Below, in pieces: positions 17,942 through 37,970 of a DNA stretch of 64,000 bases. This DNA comes from Paraspadella gotoi. Taxonomy: Eukaryota > Animalia > Chaetognatha. The position numbers and the translations under genes were made by a program. Under the pieces are notes generated by a model. That model had not been told where the DNA came from, did no database searches, and saw only the letters and a program-made list of their open reading frames with translations. The stretch's first letter is position 1, and each line of letters begins with the position of its first letter. The stretch covers positions 6,673,645-6,737,644 of the forward strand of contig CM119263.1 in NCBI GenBank assembly GCA_051294375.1, in the 5' to 3' direction.

Positions 17942-18860
17942 AATAGGGCATCCAAAGCCGAAACATGTACGTTTTTCTATGAAAATAAAAAAATCGTTGT
18001 AAATTCAAACCATTTTTCCTCTAGATAAATTACGCAAAAAAAATGATGTCCGTCTGTCCGTCCCCCGTTAGCTTTGAACGGCAATTCATCATGAGTGGAT
18101 GGGGCGACTGACTTGAAATTTTGTATGTGTGACTGAGCAGGAAATCAAGTTTTAATGGAATCGTCCAAGTGGAAAGGAGTTAATTTACAGTTACATTTAC
18201 CTGAATTTTTTTCTTATAATTATTTATAATTAGATGAATGGATTAGAATGAAATTTTGTATGTGAGCCCCAAATCGTTTCGATGGAATCGTCCAAGTGGA
18301 AATGAGTTAAAATGGAAAAAACAAAAAGTCTATTTCACTATGTGATTGTTTTTTTCCTTTTTATATTAAATGTAAATTCAAGATATATTTATCAATTATT
18401 AATAAATTAGTAATTAATAAATTACTAATTCATATAATTCATATAATTATTTTGTAATTAATTAATTATTAATTAATTTTGTGATCGAGATTGTTGTTTT
18501 GTGATTGAAAGGCGAGACAAAGTGGAAAACTCTTTTACGCGAATTAATTAATTGATTATGTGATCAGCAGCTTACAGCTAATGATCGTGGGCAGATCCGG
18601 TATTGTTTGCTTAAAACTTGTTATATTCCTGTCTCTCAAGAGTTGAAAATCTTGGATGGCCAGAGAGGCACGCACACCATATGAAAGATATGCAGTGGAC
18701 CTACATGGATAACCTGGCTTCTTTGGCCGGGCTAACTCCCTTACCGCGGTACTACAAAAAGTTATATGATAGAGTTGTTATCACTAGAAAACACCAGCTT
18801 TCGAAGTACCGAAATCGAAATTATCGGGTTATTGATTCTGAAAATTTCGCTGAATATTAA
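15509..18860 (+). CDS. flavin-containing monooxygenase (invertebrate soluble FMO type), multi-exon
   Basis: FAD motif IIGAGAAG, VGGTWIY, SMYKNLRTNLPKEVM, FMO signature FKGTVKHSHDY, NADP motif GARSSG, FCTGY; last exon ~18641-18860. Confidence 0.93.
17026..18622 (+). mobile_element. HINE/DINE-1-like element in the last FMO intron, with nested insertions
   Basis: Subterminal inverted repeat CCGGATCTGC (17034) / GCAGATCCGG (18591), adjacent hairpin and GTCC repeats; both ends recur at 44658-45985 on the - strand. Confidence 0.65.
17238..17280 (-). ncRNA. minimal type I hammerhead ribozyme-like motif (Penelope pLTR type)
   Basis: GATG-CTGAAGA-A-GGCTT/GCATCCA/AAGCC-GAAA-CATG-TA-CGTT; a truncated inverted copy lies at ~17949-18015. 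Confidence 0.6.
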
Positions 18861-19175
18861 TCAAGTGATCTTGACAGTTCCGATTCTACATTTAAGAATA
18901 TTTTTTACCTTTTTTTATCGGGACAACGGGAAATTAAGATTTATATAATGTAACAGTGACGGGACTTAAATCTTAAATGAAACTATCCTCAAAAGTGACA
19001 AAACTGAATAGGCTGACGTAATTTGGGCTGCTTTATTTGTTAATCCATTAAATCAATGAATGGATATTTGAGTATCTGCTGCATTCCCTTTTTATATTTG
19101 TAGTAAGAGGAATTAACTAGAAACTATGCTACGAGAACTGACGATGAACACTTTGTGAAACTAGTGATAGTTATA

Positions 19176-22100
19176 ATGGTGTTGTGCCCACTTCGCCTCT
19201 ACGCCCGCGCTCATCGCGCCTTGGCTTCTTACTCTCGATTTCTGGGATGGAACTCGGAACAGTCCTCGACTCGCCGTTCGTCGACGGCGTCTCCTCGCGA
19301 AGATTCTGCCGCCTCGGAAGCTGTTCCAGATCCCCCCGTCGAAGTCCCGACGGCCAAGGAAAGGTCGCTTCCCGACATTCTCGTCGAAGTAACCCGTGAG
19401 AAAAACCTTTCGCGGAACCACACTGACTCCACGTTACCCTCGACGGAGAGCTCGAGGCCAGACGAGGATTCTCTAGAGATGTTCGACAAAATCGAGGACG
19501 TTCAGAAATTTCTCGACGAAGTCGGAAAACGAATAAAGGAAAGGGAAGAGGCGGCGATAAGCGATGAGAGGAACCTGGAAAAGATGGAAAACGAGGTAAG
19601 ACGTTTTGATGGCCAAGCGGAGAAAATTTAATAACTACGTAAAAATCGTTATGATTTATCGATTCGTCGACAGGTGACGCTAGTGATCGGACGCGACAGA
19701 AAACGCCGACAACTTAACGTGGAAATGGATCTCGCTTTAAAAGCGATTCGGAGCCTCGATCGCTTCGACCCTCAAATCGCCACCGTCGACGTCCTTACCC
19801 CAAAAGGTACTTAAAAATTAATAATTTTGTACAAATATTTTTGCGAAGATTGTTGGAGTATTAGTATTTTAAGAATATTTTAGGGCGGAGTCCTAAAATC
19901 GTGGCGGCCACGATGTGGCTCCCGAAAGAAATTCCCCATCTTCGCGAGCTTCCTAATCTATATCTGCGTCTCTCTAAAAGTCGATTGACCGCGCTGGTAG
20001 CGTCAACAGCGGTTGCCGGTTATTTCGTCGCTCCGTTTGACCTCAACATTTTAGGTAAGAGCAGTCTTTAGCGGCCTTTTCATCAATTGTACGACGTTGA
20101 ATACTCAGTTCATTTAATTATTTAGCTTTAACGAGTGTCCTTATTGGAACGTGCCTCACTTCCGCCGCCGCCAATTCCATCAACCAGTTGATGGAGATCC
20201 CTTTTGATTCTCAAGTGAGCTACTCCAGTGAGTGGTAGACGAAATTCGCCTCATGTTCAAAAACGACGAAACAGGCCATCCCCCTTTATTTAGATGTCTC
20301 GAACTCGCGATCGCCCCTTGGTCCGCGGCCAGTTGTCACCCATGCACGCTCTGGCGTTTGCGTTCGGATCCGCATCGGTCGGAACATTCGTTCTCTTTAC
20401 CGGGGCCAACCCGCTCGTAGCTAGTCTCGGCCTTTTCACTCTCTTCCTTTATACGGGCGTGTACACGCCGATGAAGAGATTCACCATTGTCAACACGTGG
20501 GCGGGCGCTGTGGTCGGAGCAATACCGCCAATGATGGGTAAATTGCCACATGAAATAAGTTTAACGAAAACTTTCTTTTACTTAACTAATGCTCTCGTTG
20601 TGACAGGGTGGGCCGCTGCTACCGGTTCTTTTGACGCAGGAGCCCTGTTAGTCGCCGGAATTCTGTACTCTTGGCAGTTTCCGCATTTTAATGCGCTTTC
20701 GTGGAACCTTAGGGCAGATTATTCCCGGGCGGGATACTGCATGATGTCCGTCACTAATCCAGGTTTATTGAAAACCCTTCATAATCTAATTAATTTTTTT
20801 ATAATTTTTTATATATTAACGTGCCCTTGATTTGCTTCTAAAATTGAGATTTAATAAAAATGACTTCCTGTATCTAATTTATTATGAAATTGGTACAACC
20901 AATATAAAAATTATCCAATCATTTAATAAATAAGCTATCTTGCCCCTGACTTTGGACAGGCTTTGGTGGTTTAAGGCCTCCATCACTCTTACAAGATAAT
21001 GACATAGCAGGTCCCAGCAAGCTTTCAATCAAGACTCTCTCACAGTCTTGTTTATTCACTCCCAGAGTACCTGGCTTCCCTATCAATGAAGTGAAAAATA
21101 TTTCAAAGAATGCTTCAATTGTATGAAAAGACCACTCCCTTAATATAACAAGCATTATGTTTAATATCTAATTAGAATACTAGGACATGAAGTAATATTT
21201 AACCTTGTAGATGCTCTTTCTATTTCCAAAATAAAACGCTAACATCCCTCTCCGCATTACATTATTACTAGATTTATTCCATACTAAATTTAATAATTAT
21301 GTAAAATATCTTAAACATTTTATATTAGTTTTAAAATATAGTCTAATATAGTAAGTTTGAAAATGTTCAAAATTTTTGATAATGAATCTAATGTATAACG
21401 TATATGAATTTAATGTATATTGTATAACGTATTTACAATGTAACGCAAAATCTTTATTGTCGTGCTTTAGGTTTATGCAAACGCGTGGCCCTGCGACATT
21501 GCCTGTTTTTGCAGGCCATCTGTTTAGCTGCTCCCGCTCTCGACGTCACTACTTGGGTTTTCGCGTGCGATTCCTTTTTCGTTAATGCCATTTTTTCATT
21601 TTACGCGTGGAAGTTTTACAGGTACCTAACGGGTTGTTTTTTCCCATAATTCACTTTAAGAATAAGGCAATTTATAACGATTAAGATATATTTTTTATCG
21701 TCGCAATTGCTTTGCGTTTGCGACGATCTCGTAACGCTTTTGCGCATAAGTGGCGTAGTCGTCGTCGTTGTCTTCGTCGGCGTTCCAACTTATCGAACGC
21801 CTTTTTTTCCCCTCTTTCTCTCTCTTTTTCTCTCTCTTTTTCTTTCTCTCTCTCTCTCTCTTTTTTTCTCAGGGGCTGCGTCTGCTGATCACTGATCAGT
21901 TTGTTTGACAATGGAAAAAAAAATTTTTTTTCAGAAATTGTAACTTTAATTTTCCTCGGTACTTAATTATTTTTTTTTCTTTCTGTTTATAAATTAATAT
22001 TCTTTTCTCAATTTTTATTTTTTTTAGTATCAAAATTTGTCGTCAATCCAGATTTTTCTTATGCGATTTCGACGATCCTTATGCTTTTAATATTTTTTTG

Positions 22101-22312
22101 TTTTACTGAAAAGTATTTACTAATAGAGTAATTCTTTTAGGAATGGAGACGCAAAATCATCTCGAAAACTGTTCAACGCGAGCTTAATCTATCTTCCCGT
22201 TGTCTTGACTTTCATGATTTTGTCGAAGAAGAGAGGAAAGAAAGAGGATAGAGAAACGACCCCCGAGAAAAAAACGAACTTCCATCGATTCTCGACTTTG
22301 ATAGGGCTTTAA
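19176..22312 (+). CDS. COX10: protoheme IX farnesyltransferase (heme O synthase), mitochondrial, multi-exon
   Basis: Arg-rich presequence; [95 protein letters not shown]; start codon inferred. Confidence 0.95.
20883..21093 (+). repeat. ~200-bp interspersed repeat family; further copies at ~30266-30458, 37283-37364 plus 37971-38073 (split), partial at 54431-54552
   Basis: Shared ATGAAATTGGTACAACCAATAT...GCTATCTTGCCC...TTAAGGCCTCCATC..CTTACAAGATAATGA...GCTTTCAATCAAG. Confidence 0.9.
21691..22088 (+). mobile_element. HINE/DINE-1-like short element in the last COX10 intron
   Basis: T-run + ATCGTCGCAA hairpin + (GTC)n at the 5' end; TTCGACGATCCTTATGCTTTT at the 3' end; the same 3' end recurs at ~45128-45158. 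Confidence 0.55.
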
Positions 22313-22538
22313 TTTATTTGTACTACGTTGTTCACTATCATCTTTGGAACGATTTCTTGTTGGAAATATACCCCGTTTTGTTGTCAATATTTTTTTTAAA
22401 TCGCGTTTAAGTCTGAGAAATATTTAGAATTTAAAGTAAACCACCCTTTAAATCAATAAGAATCAAACGTAGGTTTAATTTTCAATATTGTCAACACAAT
22501 TATCAGTTCAACTATCGTAACATGAAACGAGAAAACCT

Positions 22539-23550
22539 TCACTTTTTGGTTCTGCTCTTCAAACGGCGCCGCATCTGGCGACGTTCTTGATAAGCCCGGA
22601 CGAATTTCTGCAGCTTCTCCCTTTCAGCATTAGGCATCGCGTCGAAGTCGACTCTCCACACCCCACGCCCGAAGCGTTTGGCTTCTTCCAGGAAATCGGA
22701 GATAAACTGCCAGAACTCTGGCGTCGGAATGAAAGGGGTAGCCCCTCCGGTGCCCACATTTAAGGGGCCTGTCGTGTCGTTCTCTCCCGGCATCCTGATG
22801 GCGCCAAAGTGCACATCTTTGGTTCCCGACTCCGCCTCGGCTAGTCGCTCCGTCACATTTGCATCCCCGGTTTCGTTACTCGTCGCCAAAATGGCGCTCA
22901 AGAGATCCTTTATATTGAAGGTCGCGTTATCCGAAGCCGGAGATTGAATGGTAGCGTTTAGGGTCACATTTCTAATAAAGTAAAATAAATGATTATTTTG
23001 GTTGTCCTGTCAAACCTCTAGTCTATACCCGCGTGACCCGTTCCCAGCTGCTTGTCTCAGGGAGGATTTTCCAGCCTTCGAAGCCTTGGATTCTGTCTTG
23101 GCCATCAACACGATCGGTTTTGAACGAAATCTCATGTGCAGTCGACTCGATACGCCAACTTGGGCAATGCCGACAGTCATGATCAAAAGGACGAGAGCGG
23201 CGAAAACGGCAAAGATTATGGTTTTGACGTCGACCATGTCCAGATTCGGGAAAGCAACGTCGTAACACCTCGTTCCAGGACTCGGCGCTCGGCTCGTGTC
23301 ATTACTAAATATGATAGAAATGTCGATTAGCTTTATCCCGTTAATTTCCCTCGTTTGACATTCGTTAGAATATTCAAGGGCTTTAGGCTTTAAGAAACCC
23401 AAGAGAGAAATTATAATGAACCAATTTTCACCGAATCGGCTCATCCTGTGACTCCTGTGGTTCCTCGGGGTGCCCCTCTTCCAATAGCGGTTTTTCGTCG
23501 GACGCGACGGACGGCGTCGCTAAATCGGGCCAGAGCTTTGCGAAAGTCAT
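22539..23550 (-). CDS. unrecognised type II membrane glycoprotein, ~275 aa; exons 23550-23432, 23304-23029, 22971-22539
   Basis: Phase-compatible GT-AG exons give a continuous ORF with an N-terminal DEKPLL motif, a hydrophobic segment IIFAVFAALVLLIMTVGIA and several N-x-S/T sequons after it. Confidence 0.7.
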
Positions 23551-23943
23551 TTTTTAATGGTTGAATAGCAGAACGAAATGGCGTATCTCGACAATTTAAG
23601 AATGATTTTCTTCCAATGTGATTGTCTTCGTTTTTAAGTATTTTATCTGACAATGGCACCTTTTCCATAATCCTTATGTTATGAGTACGTTGACGGCTAC
23701 CGAGGCGACGGCGACTAGACATCGAAATTCAAATCGTTGGAGCTAACTGAATTTGCTTTACTAGAAGTAGCAATTAAATTATAAACGTCAGTAAACTAGT
23801 TTATTTCCAATTCAATTGTAAAAACAATGTTATTAAAAACATCAGAAAAATACTTGAAATTACCGGAATTCTGAACGATTTGCACCATCGATAAAAAATC
23901 AAATTTCATTTTGTAACATAGCAAGCAGGATAAAGTCAAAAGA

Positions 23944-32105
<8,162 letters not shown>

Positions 32106-32398
32106 CGTGCAACAGTCGCATGGCGATTTTCAAAACCTTTACTACATCCACCTGAATCTTATTATTTGTGAAAAGACATCGTAAAACAACGCAAGAGGGG
32201 CCCCCTAAACAAATGTAAAAATTGCGAAGCTCTAACTAAAAACAATTCAAACGAATCCCCTTTTATAGCTTAAAGATGGAAAAAAAGGTCCGGTCGTACA
32301 AAGAAACTGGCGAGAATTCTGAATGATCGCTTTCGAAGAATAAACCCCCTCTCTTCGCAACGAGACAGTTTTAATCAAATGGATCCCCCAGTCGGTCT

Positions 32399-33693
32399 TT
32401 ATTCCTCCTCCATCGCGTCGTCGTCTACTTCGCCACCGACGTCGGCGCCCACTTTAGCGAGGAAGTCGGCCTTCTTCTGGGCGACTCGGGCTCGTCGTTG
32501 CTCAAGACTCAGCTTCTTCTTGCCCCACCGCTTGACTTTAACCTCCTTCGCTGGCTTCGTCGACCGCGAAGGATCGGCGCGAATGGCGGCGTGTGCGTCG
32601 CGGTACATCTTCTCCAAGGAGTCCGCGGTGATGCCGTGTTTTACAAAGGCGCTGAATTGACGTTTGTATGCCTTTTGGAAGGCAATTGTGAAGAGAGTGA
32701 AGATGGTTTTTAACGAGGTTTAATTCGGCAGTTTCAGCGCTCACCTCTTCGTCGTCATCCAGAAGGCTTTTCATGTAGTTAGCCACATGTTGTCCCAAGA
32801 TGTGATTCTTGTGGACTTCCGGGTTGTACTCCTTGCTCTCGGCGTCGTAACCGGGAAAGCGTTTGTTGCTAGAAAAACAACGAAGTTGAACATTTCATTG
32901 GAGTCTGAAAAGCCTCATTCGGAGGAGCTAACCTGTGGGGAATGTCCAGGCCTCCGTCGACCGCGCCCTTTAAGCAGCCGAAAACTTTCGCTCCGGTGGA
33001 GGTCCGAGCAAGGCCGACGTCCAAAAAGCAACGGAAAGCGCCAGGCTGACCGTCGACGTCTTCGATGGCGAAATCTTCGCCGTCGGCTTCCGTCACGCCC
33101 GTGTAAATTTGGTTCAGGCCAAACTGACAAGAAGTCATCAGTCGTTAAATTTCTTCACGACGCAACATAATACTACTTTTTTTAATGGCCACTTAGATTA
33201 AATTCGAAAACCTTGTGCAAGATCCTTCGGGCGACCAGAAGTCCGGTGCTGTAGGCAGCGGCATAGTTGTTGAGACCGACGTTGATGCCGAACTTGGGGA
33301 GCTCGTGCGAGTAAGCGGATTCCACGATGACGTCCCCGTAGATTCGCGCGTAAGCGATTTGGCAGATGATGTCCTTGTTGGTCACGCGGACAATCAACCT
33401 GGCGACAAAATGGTTTGAAAAGGGTTTCGTCACACCGAAGAGCGACCGATGGGGCTAAAGCACTTCGACTTACCTGTACTTGGGGGTGTTGTACTTGTTT
33501 TTGTCTTGCAACACTAGCCGGCGTCTGGCAAAGTAGTCTGTGCGACCCTCCCGACGTCTCTTGTACTTGACTTGGTACCTCAAGTAGATAAGACAAAATA
33601 ACGTATTTTTTTTAAATGAAAAAATACCGACTAGAATTTCACAACTTACCTTTTGAAATAGGCCTTGTTTTTCACAACTTTAACGAATCCCAT
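32399..33693 (-). CDS. RPL5: 60S ribosomal protein L5 (uL18), multi-exon
   Basis: [87 protein letters not shown]. Confidence 0.98.
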
Positions 33694-33865
33694 TTTACCT
33701 TTAAAGTTTATATAAACCAAAATCTAAACGAAAACAATTTAAAAGTAACTTTAAAGAGCGATAGTTTTAGACCACTTATAATTTTTCTGAAAATGTTAAT
33801 AATTAAAAGAAATGCGCTATTCAAAAATTCGCCGTACACAAATTTGTTTTTTCGACAATAACGGA

Positions 33866-35575
33866 TCAGCCCAGCTTGGCCGCGATCTCTTTAGCCTTCA
33901 TTTTTTCAAGCTTGTTGATGCGTGCTTGAGACTTGGTGCCCAAAAGACCACCACCCCAATGACGACGGATCTGAAATTAAAACAAATCAAAATCATTCGT
34001 CACTCAACCCCCAATATAATATAAATTTTTCACAAGAAACAAACCTCATCGAAACGGTCGTTGAAGTTGTTCTTGACGCTTTCGACCACCTTGTTGAGCG
34101 CGCTCTTGTCTTCGGGGTTCACGCTGGTCAGGCACATAGCAGCGCAGGTTTTGCGGCGAACCACTCGGCCCAATCGAGCCTTTCCCTTTACGATGCAGTA
34201 GGGAACGTTGAGCTTACTAAAAACGAAAAAATGTTTTTCGAGAGTCGTTTTTAAAAAGCTTATTGGCTCAGTAATCAAAAAATGATGAAGACGTCACCGA
34301 CAAAGCGAAGGGAGATGGAGGACGAGTTCGATGGGATCGACGTCGTGAGCGATGATCACCAGTTGAGCTTTCCTACTTTCCACCAAAGTCGTCACCTGTA
34401 TTGAAATTGGAATTTTTATACATTTTTGGACGGTTGAAAAATATCCCGTTGGCAAACTAACCGTGTTCAGTCCTTGCCTCACGACCAAACGACGCTTAGA
34501 GGGCGCGGCTTCTTTACCGTCAACCTTTTTTTCGGCTTTAGCGAGCATCTTAGCCTTCTTTGACGCTTTGCTCTCGGGACGATACTTGTCAAGCAACTTA
34601 AACACCTACGAGGATTGAATTCATTGCACGCTTGGATGAATCGAAAGGCATTGGAAATAGTGTTAACGCGAATAGGATCCAATGTAAAACTTACCGACTA
34701 AAATTCAGAATTTAAATTAAATTTCAAACGGGATCATCGTCGTCCCATCTATCACCTACCAAGTATCGACTATGCGGAATTTCGATCAATTCCGCCGCAA
34801 GTGCGATACAATGGATCATCGTGATTTAACAGATGGAACAACCTACCCTTAATTCATTTGTTCCAACTATAACAGAGATCCACGGTATTCCATCGATCAC
34901 TTACCAATTCTTTAATTTTAGAGAATTAGATCATCGTGATATAGAGATGGATATAGGTACATGTATATAATAATTTTCAATATCTTACATGTAGCAGTTA
35001 GATTTTCATCTGACCTGCTTAATATGAAATAAATTATTTGAAGTAATTAATTTAACACCATGAATTTTACTACATTGAAATTTAATTATTAATTTTGCGA
35101 ACCTGAGTGGCGGTCGAACGATCCAAGGTCATCGAAAACTGATTAATGGGTGGCGGAACCTTCAGCCTTTGAAGAAGCACAGCCTTTTGACGCTGAAGGC
35201 GAACGTACCTAAAATGAAAACGGTAAAAACTTCGTGCTTCAGAAAAATAAAGAAAATCAAAATTTAAGTGGAGCTAACTTGGGCCATCTCACGAATCTTG
35301 TCAGGTCCCTCTTCGGTTGAATATCCTGGCCAATTCCAAAATTCTTGGGACGTTTTTCAAACAGCGGATTGACCTAGAGTTAAGCATATATAATTAAATA
35401 TCACCAGGGAGTTAACAACAGTAAAACTAAAATATTTAAACCATTAAATAAAAATTACAGGCTTTTTGTCGGCTTTTTTAGCAGGTACGGGCATCGGCGG
35501 TGGAGCCACCTTTTTGCCCTTTCCCTTTCCTGTCGTTTTCTTAGTTTTCGGTGCTTTGGCGATTTTCCCCAGCAT
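33866..35575 (-). CDS. RPL7A: 60S ribosomal protein L7a (eL8), multi-exon
   Basis: [77 protein letters not shown]. Confidence 0.98.
34689..35014 (-). promoter_or_regulatory. candidate poison exon with a K-turn-like hairpin array in RPL7A intron 3
   Basis: Acceptor AAGCAG|GTC AGA TGA (in-frame stop); three copies of ACGATGATC, each followed by a hairpin and GGTARGT; several consensus-like donors inside a 497-nt intron. Confidence 0.65.
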
Positions 35576-36585
35576 TTTCTCGTTTTAAAGAAAAAACTGA
35601 AATTGACATTAAATTACGCAAATTTAGTTAATAGTAACGGAAAAATCAAAAAGGTTGAGACATAACTTAAATTTCATTAGACATTATTATTATCAGATTA
35701 AACGGGCATGTGCCAAATGTTGGCAAAGCAAAGTTAACGGCAACTCTGTAGACAACAGGCAACTTAGGGCCTACATCCAGGGATCTAGATGTCTGTGATA
35801 CTTGTAATCCTGTCAGACTTAGACCTAACTTACCATTAACCCAAACTTACCCCTAACTTATTTTTAACCCGTCTTCTAACTTACACGTAATTTTAATTTA
35901 TTCTTTAACTTTAATTTATCATAACCTAACAATCAAATATTAATATAACAACAATAATATCATATATTTAAAAATCATGATATCTCATCTGAATTACTAT
36001 ATTTTTTTCTTTCCGAGAATCATCCTCCTCCGCGCCGTTTTGGGCATTCCATAACAGAGTTTTTATTTATGATTATAATGATCATTTAATAATTTGGAAA
36101 GAGAGAGATATCAAGGTTAAAATTGCCTCTTTCTTTATCTCTCAAAATTAATATCCAAATATTTATTAAAACTATTAAAACTGGCTGATAAAAGTTCAAA
36201 AAACAATAACCAAAACATATCCGAATTATTAAATGATCGTGGTTATCACAAATAAAAACTTATTTTGTAAATATCTATCAAAAGCAATAAAAAAAGAAAG
36301 CGTTTCGAGCTATATTCCTTCATCTTTTTTACTATTTTTGATCTAGTTAGCTTTTTTGTTGATGGTCAAGGGTTATGGTCAGATACAGATATGTCCAGTA
36401 GTGTATATCGCACATATTACCAAAAGTAGTGATCAATTAATTTGGCTCAGAAACGATTTTAAAGGGACAAAATCAGCACGAGACCGTTTCGCCACGTTAT
36501 TTTTCATTGTGTCTTATACTGATTTTTGTAATTCTTTTGAGTGTTTAAATAATAATTTTGATAATTATTCTTTATTGTACTGTTT

Positions 36586-36740
36586 GAATATCTATATGCT
36601 TTGATTATTTTATTAAGTTACCCTTTTTAAACTCTTCATAAACTCAGAGAAATGAAGAGACTATTTGATCGTCGATCTGCTCAAGCCACCAAATCGTGCC
36701 TTTGAAGAATCTCTGGACTACCGAAGCATCTCGCCGGGGT
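36586..36740 (+). repeat. diverged repeat; homologous blocks at ~38183-38260 and ~38557-38588
   Basis: TATTTGAT..GATCTGCT..CCTTTGAAG..TCTCTGGACTA..AAGCATCTCGCCGGG and GAATATCTATATGCT.TGATTATTTTATTAAG are shared. Confidence 0.65.
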
Positions 36741-37364
36741 TGAGGAGTTTCCTCAAATATTCTTCGAATATTCTCGGGGGCGTTTTAGGAGGACGGACCG
36801 GCGGGTCCTAACATTCCGAGATGAGACTGCCTTCAACAGTTCAATATTTAGTTTTTTTAACTTTTTTTTTAGAAAAGGAAGAAAAATGAAGGAAGGATGG
36901 AAGGAAGGAAAGGAAAAATCGAGAGTTGAGTTCAAAGCGGCAATGCGTGGCCGGGCGCCGCCATTCCTTATCCCTTAACCCAGACTCCACTCGACTTTGC
37001 CATCTTCAGAATTTTCTGAAAACCATTTCGTCAATGAAGTTAACAAAAGAACGTGAGATCAATGGGAAGGAATTTAATTTGGAAAAATTGCAAGATTATT
37101 TGTTTTTCAATGGGAAAGAACAATTACACAAAAATTCTGCGAAACTTTTTTCAAAATTTATTTATGATTTAAATGAGATTGTAATTCATTATTTAATATA
37201 AATTTCGGACTTTTTTGAGAACAGTTTTCATGAAATACTTATTGTACTCCGCACTAGCATCAAAATACAAGGAGCTGAATTTTATGAAATTGGTACAACC
37301 AATATAAAAATTATCCATTCATTTAATAAATATTAAATAAGCTATCTTGCCCCTGACTATGGAC

Positions 37365-37970
37365 TAGAGCGTAGTAAAAGTTACGTACGGAAATTCTAAA
37401 AGTCAATTATGAACAACATACCATCAGTGAATATTAATTTGTAAAAAAAATTAATTTTATGTTTTTTAATTTTCGCAGTAGGCTTTATTTATATATTACT
37501 ATCCTTATAAAATCGAAAAATTTCAAAATAGGCTTTTCTTAATTTTAATTGCAGATTTGAATTCCTCGTGAAAAGTTGATAAAAGAAAATATAAATCATT
37601 TTTCAAAATTCTTTCATTAAGTGGGTTAAAAATTAAAAAACTATATTTAATATAAAAAATTAATTTTCAGCTTAAAATATAGATTTTTTAAATTTTTGAC
37701 CCACTTAATGAAGGAATTTTTTAAAAAGAGTTATATTTCTTTTTATTAACTTTTTATGACGAATCCAGATCTGCAAAAAAAATCTTAGAATAAACTGTTT
37801 TAAAATTTTAACATTTATTGGATTAATACTAGTATAAATATGGCCTACTGTATAAATTATAAAATTTATTATAAATTTTTTATACATAAATGTTCATTAA
37901 TATAATGTTGTTCGTTCCTCACTTTTAGAATTTTAATTAAAGTTAAATTTAAAAATTTTACTACGCCTTA
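37365..37970. mobile_element. hAT-type MITE inserted into a copy of the 200-bp repeat
   Basis: TIRs TAGAGCGTAGTAAAA / TTTTACTACGCCTTA; perfect 8-bp TSD CTATGGAC (37357-37364 and 37971-37978); long internal inverted repeats. Confidence 0.88.

Noticed and set aside
23441-23722. 93-aa ORF upstream of the orphan gene
   Set aside because: It overlaps, in another frame, the exon that splices in phase to the membrane protein; no supporting features
34689-34950. Intronic snoRNA in RPL7A (vertebrate RPL7A hosts C/D snoRNAs)
   Set aside because: No full box C (RUGAUGA) with a properly placed terminal CUGA, and no H box/ACA tail after the hairpins; not formally excluded without an Infernal search
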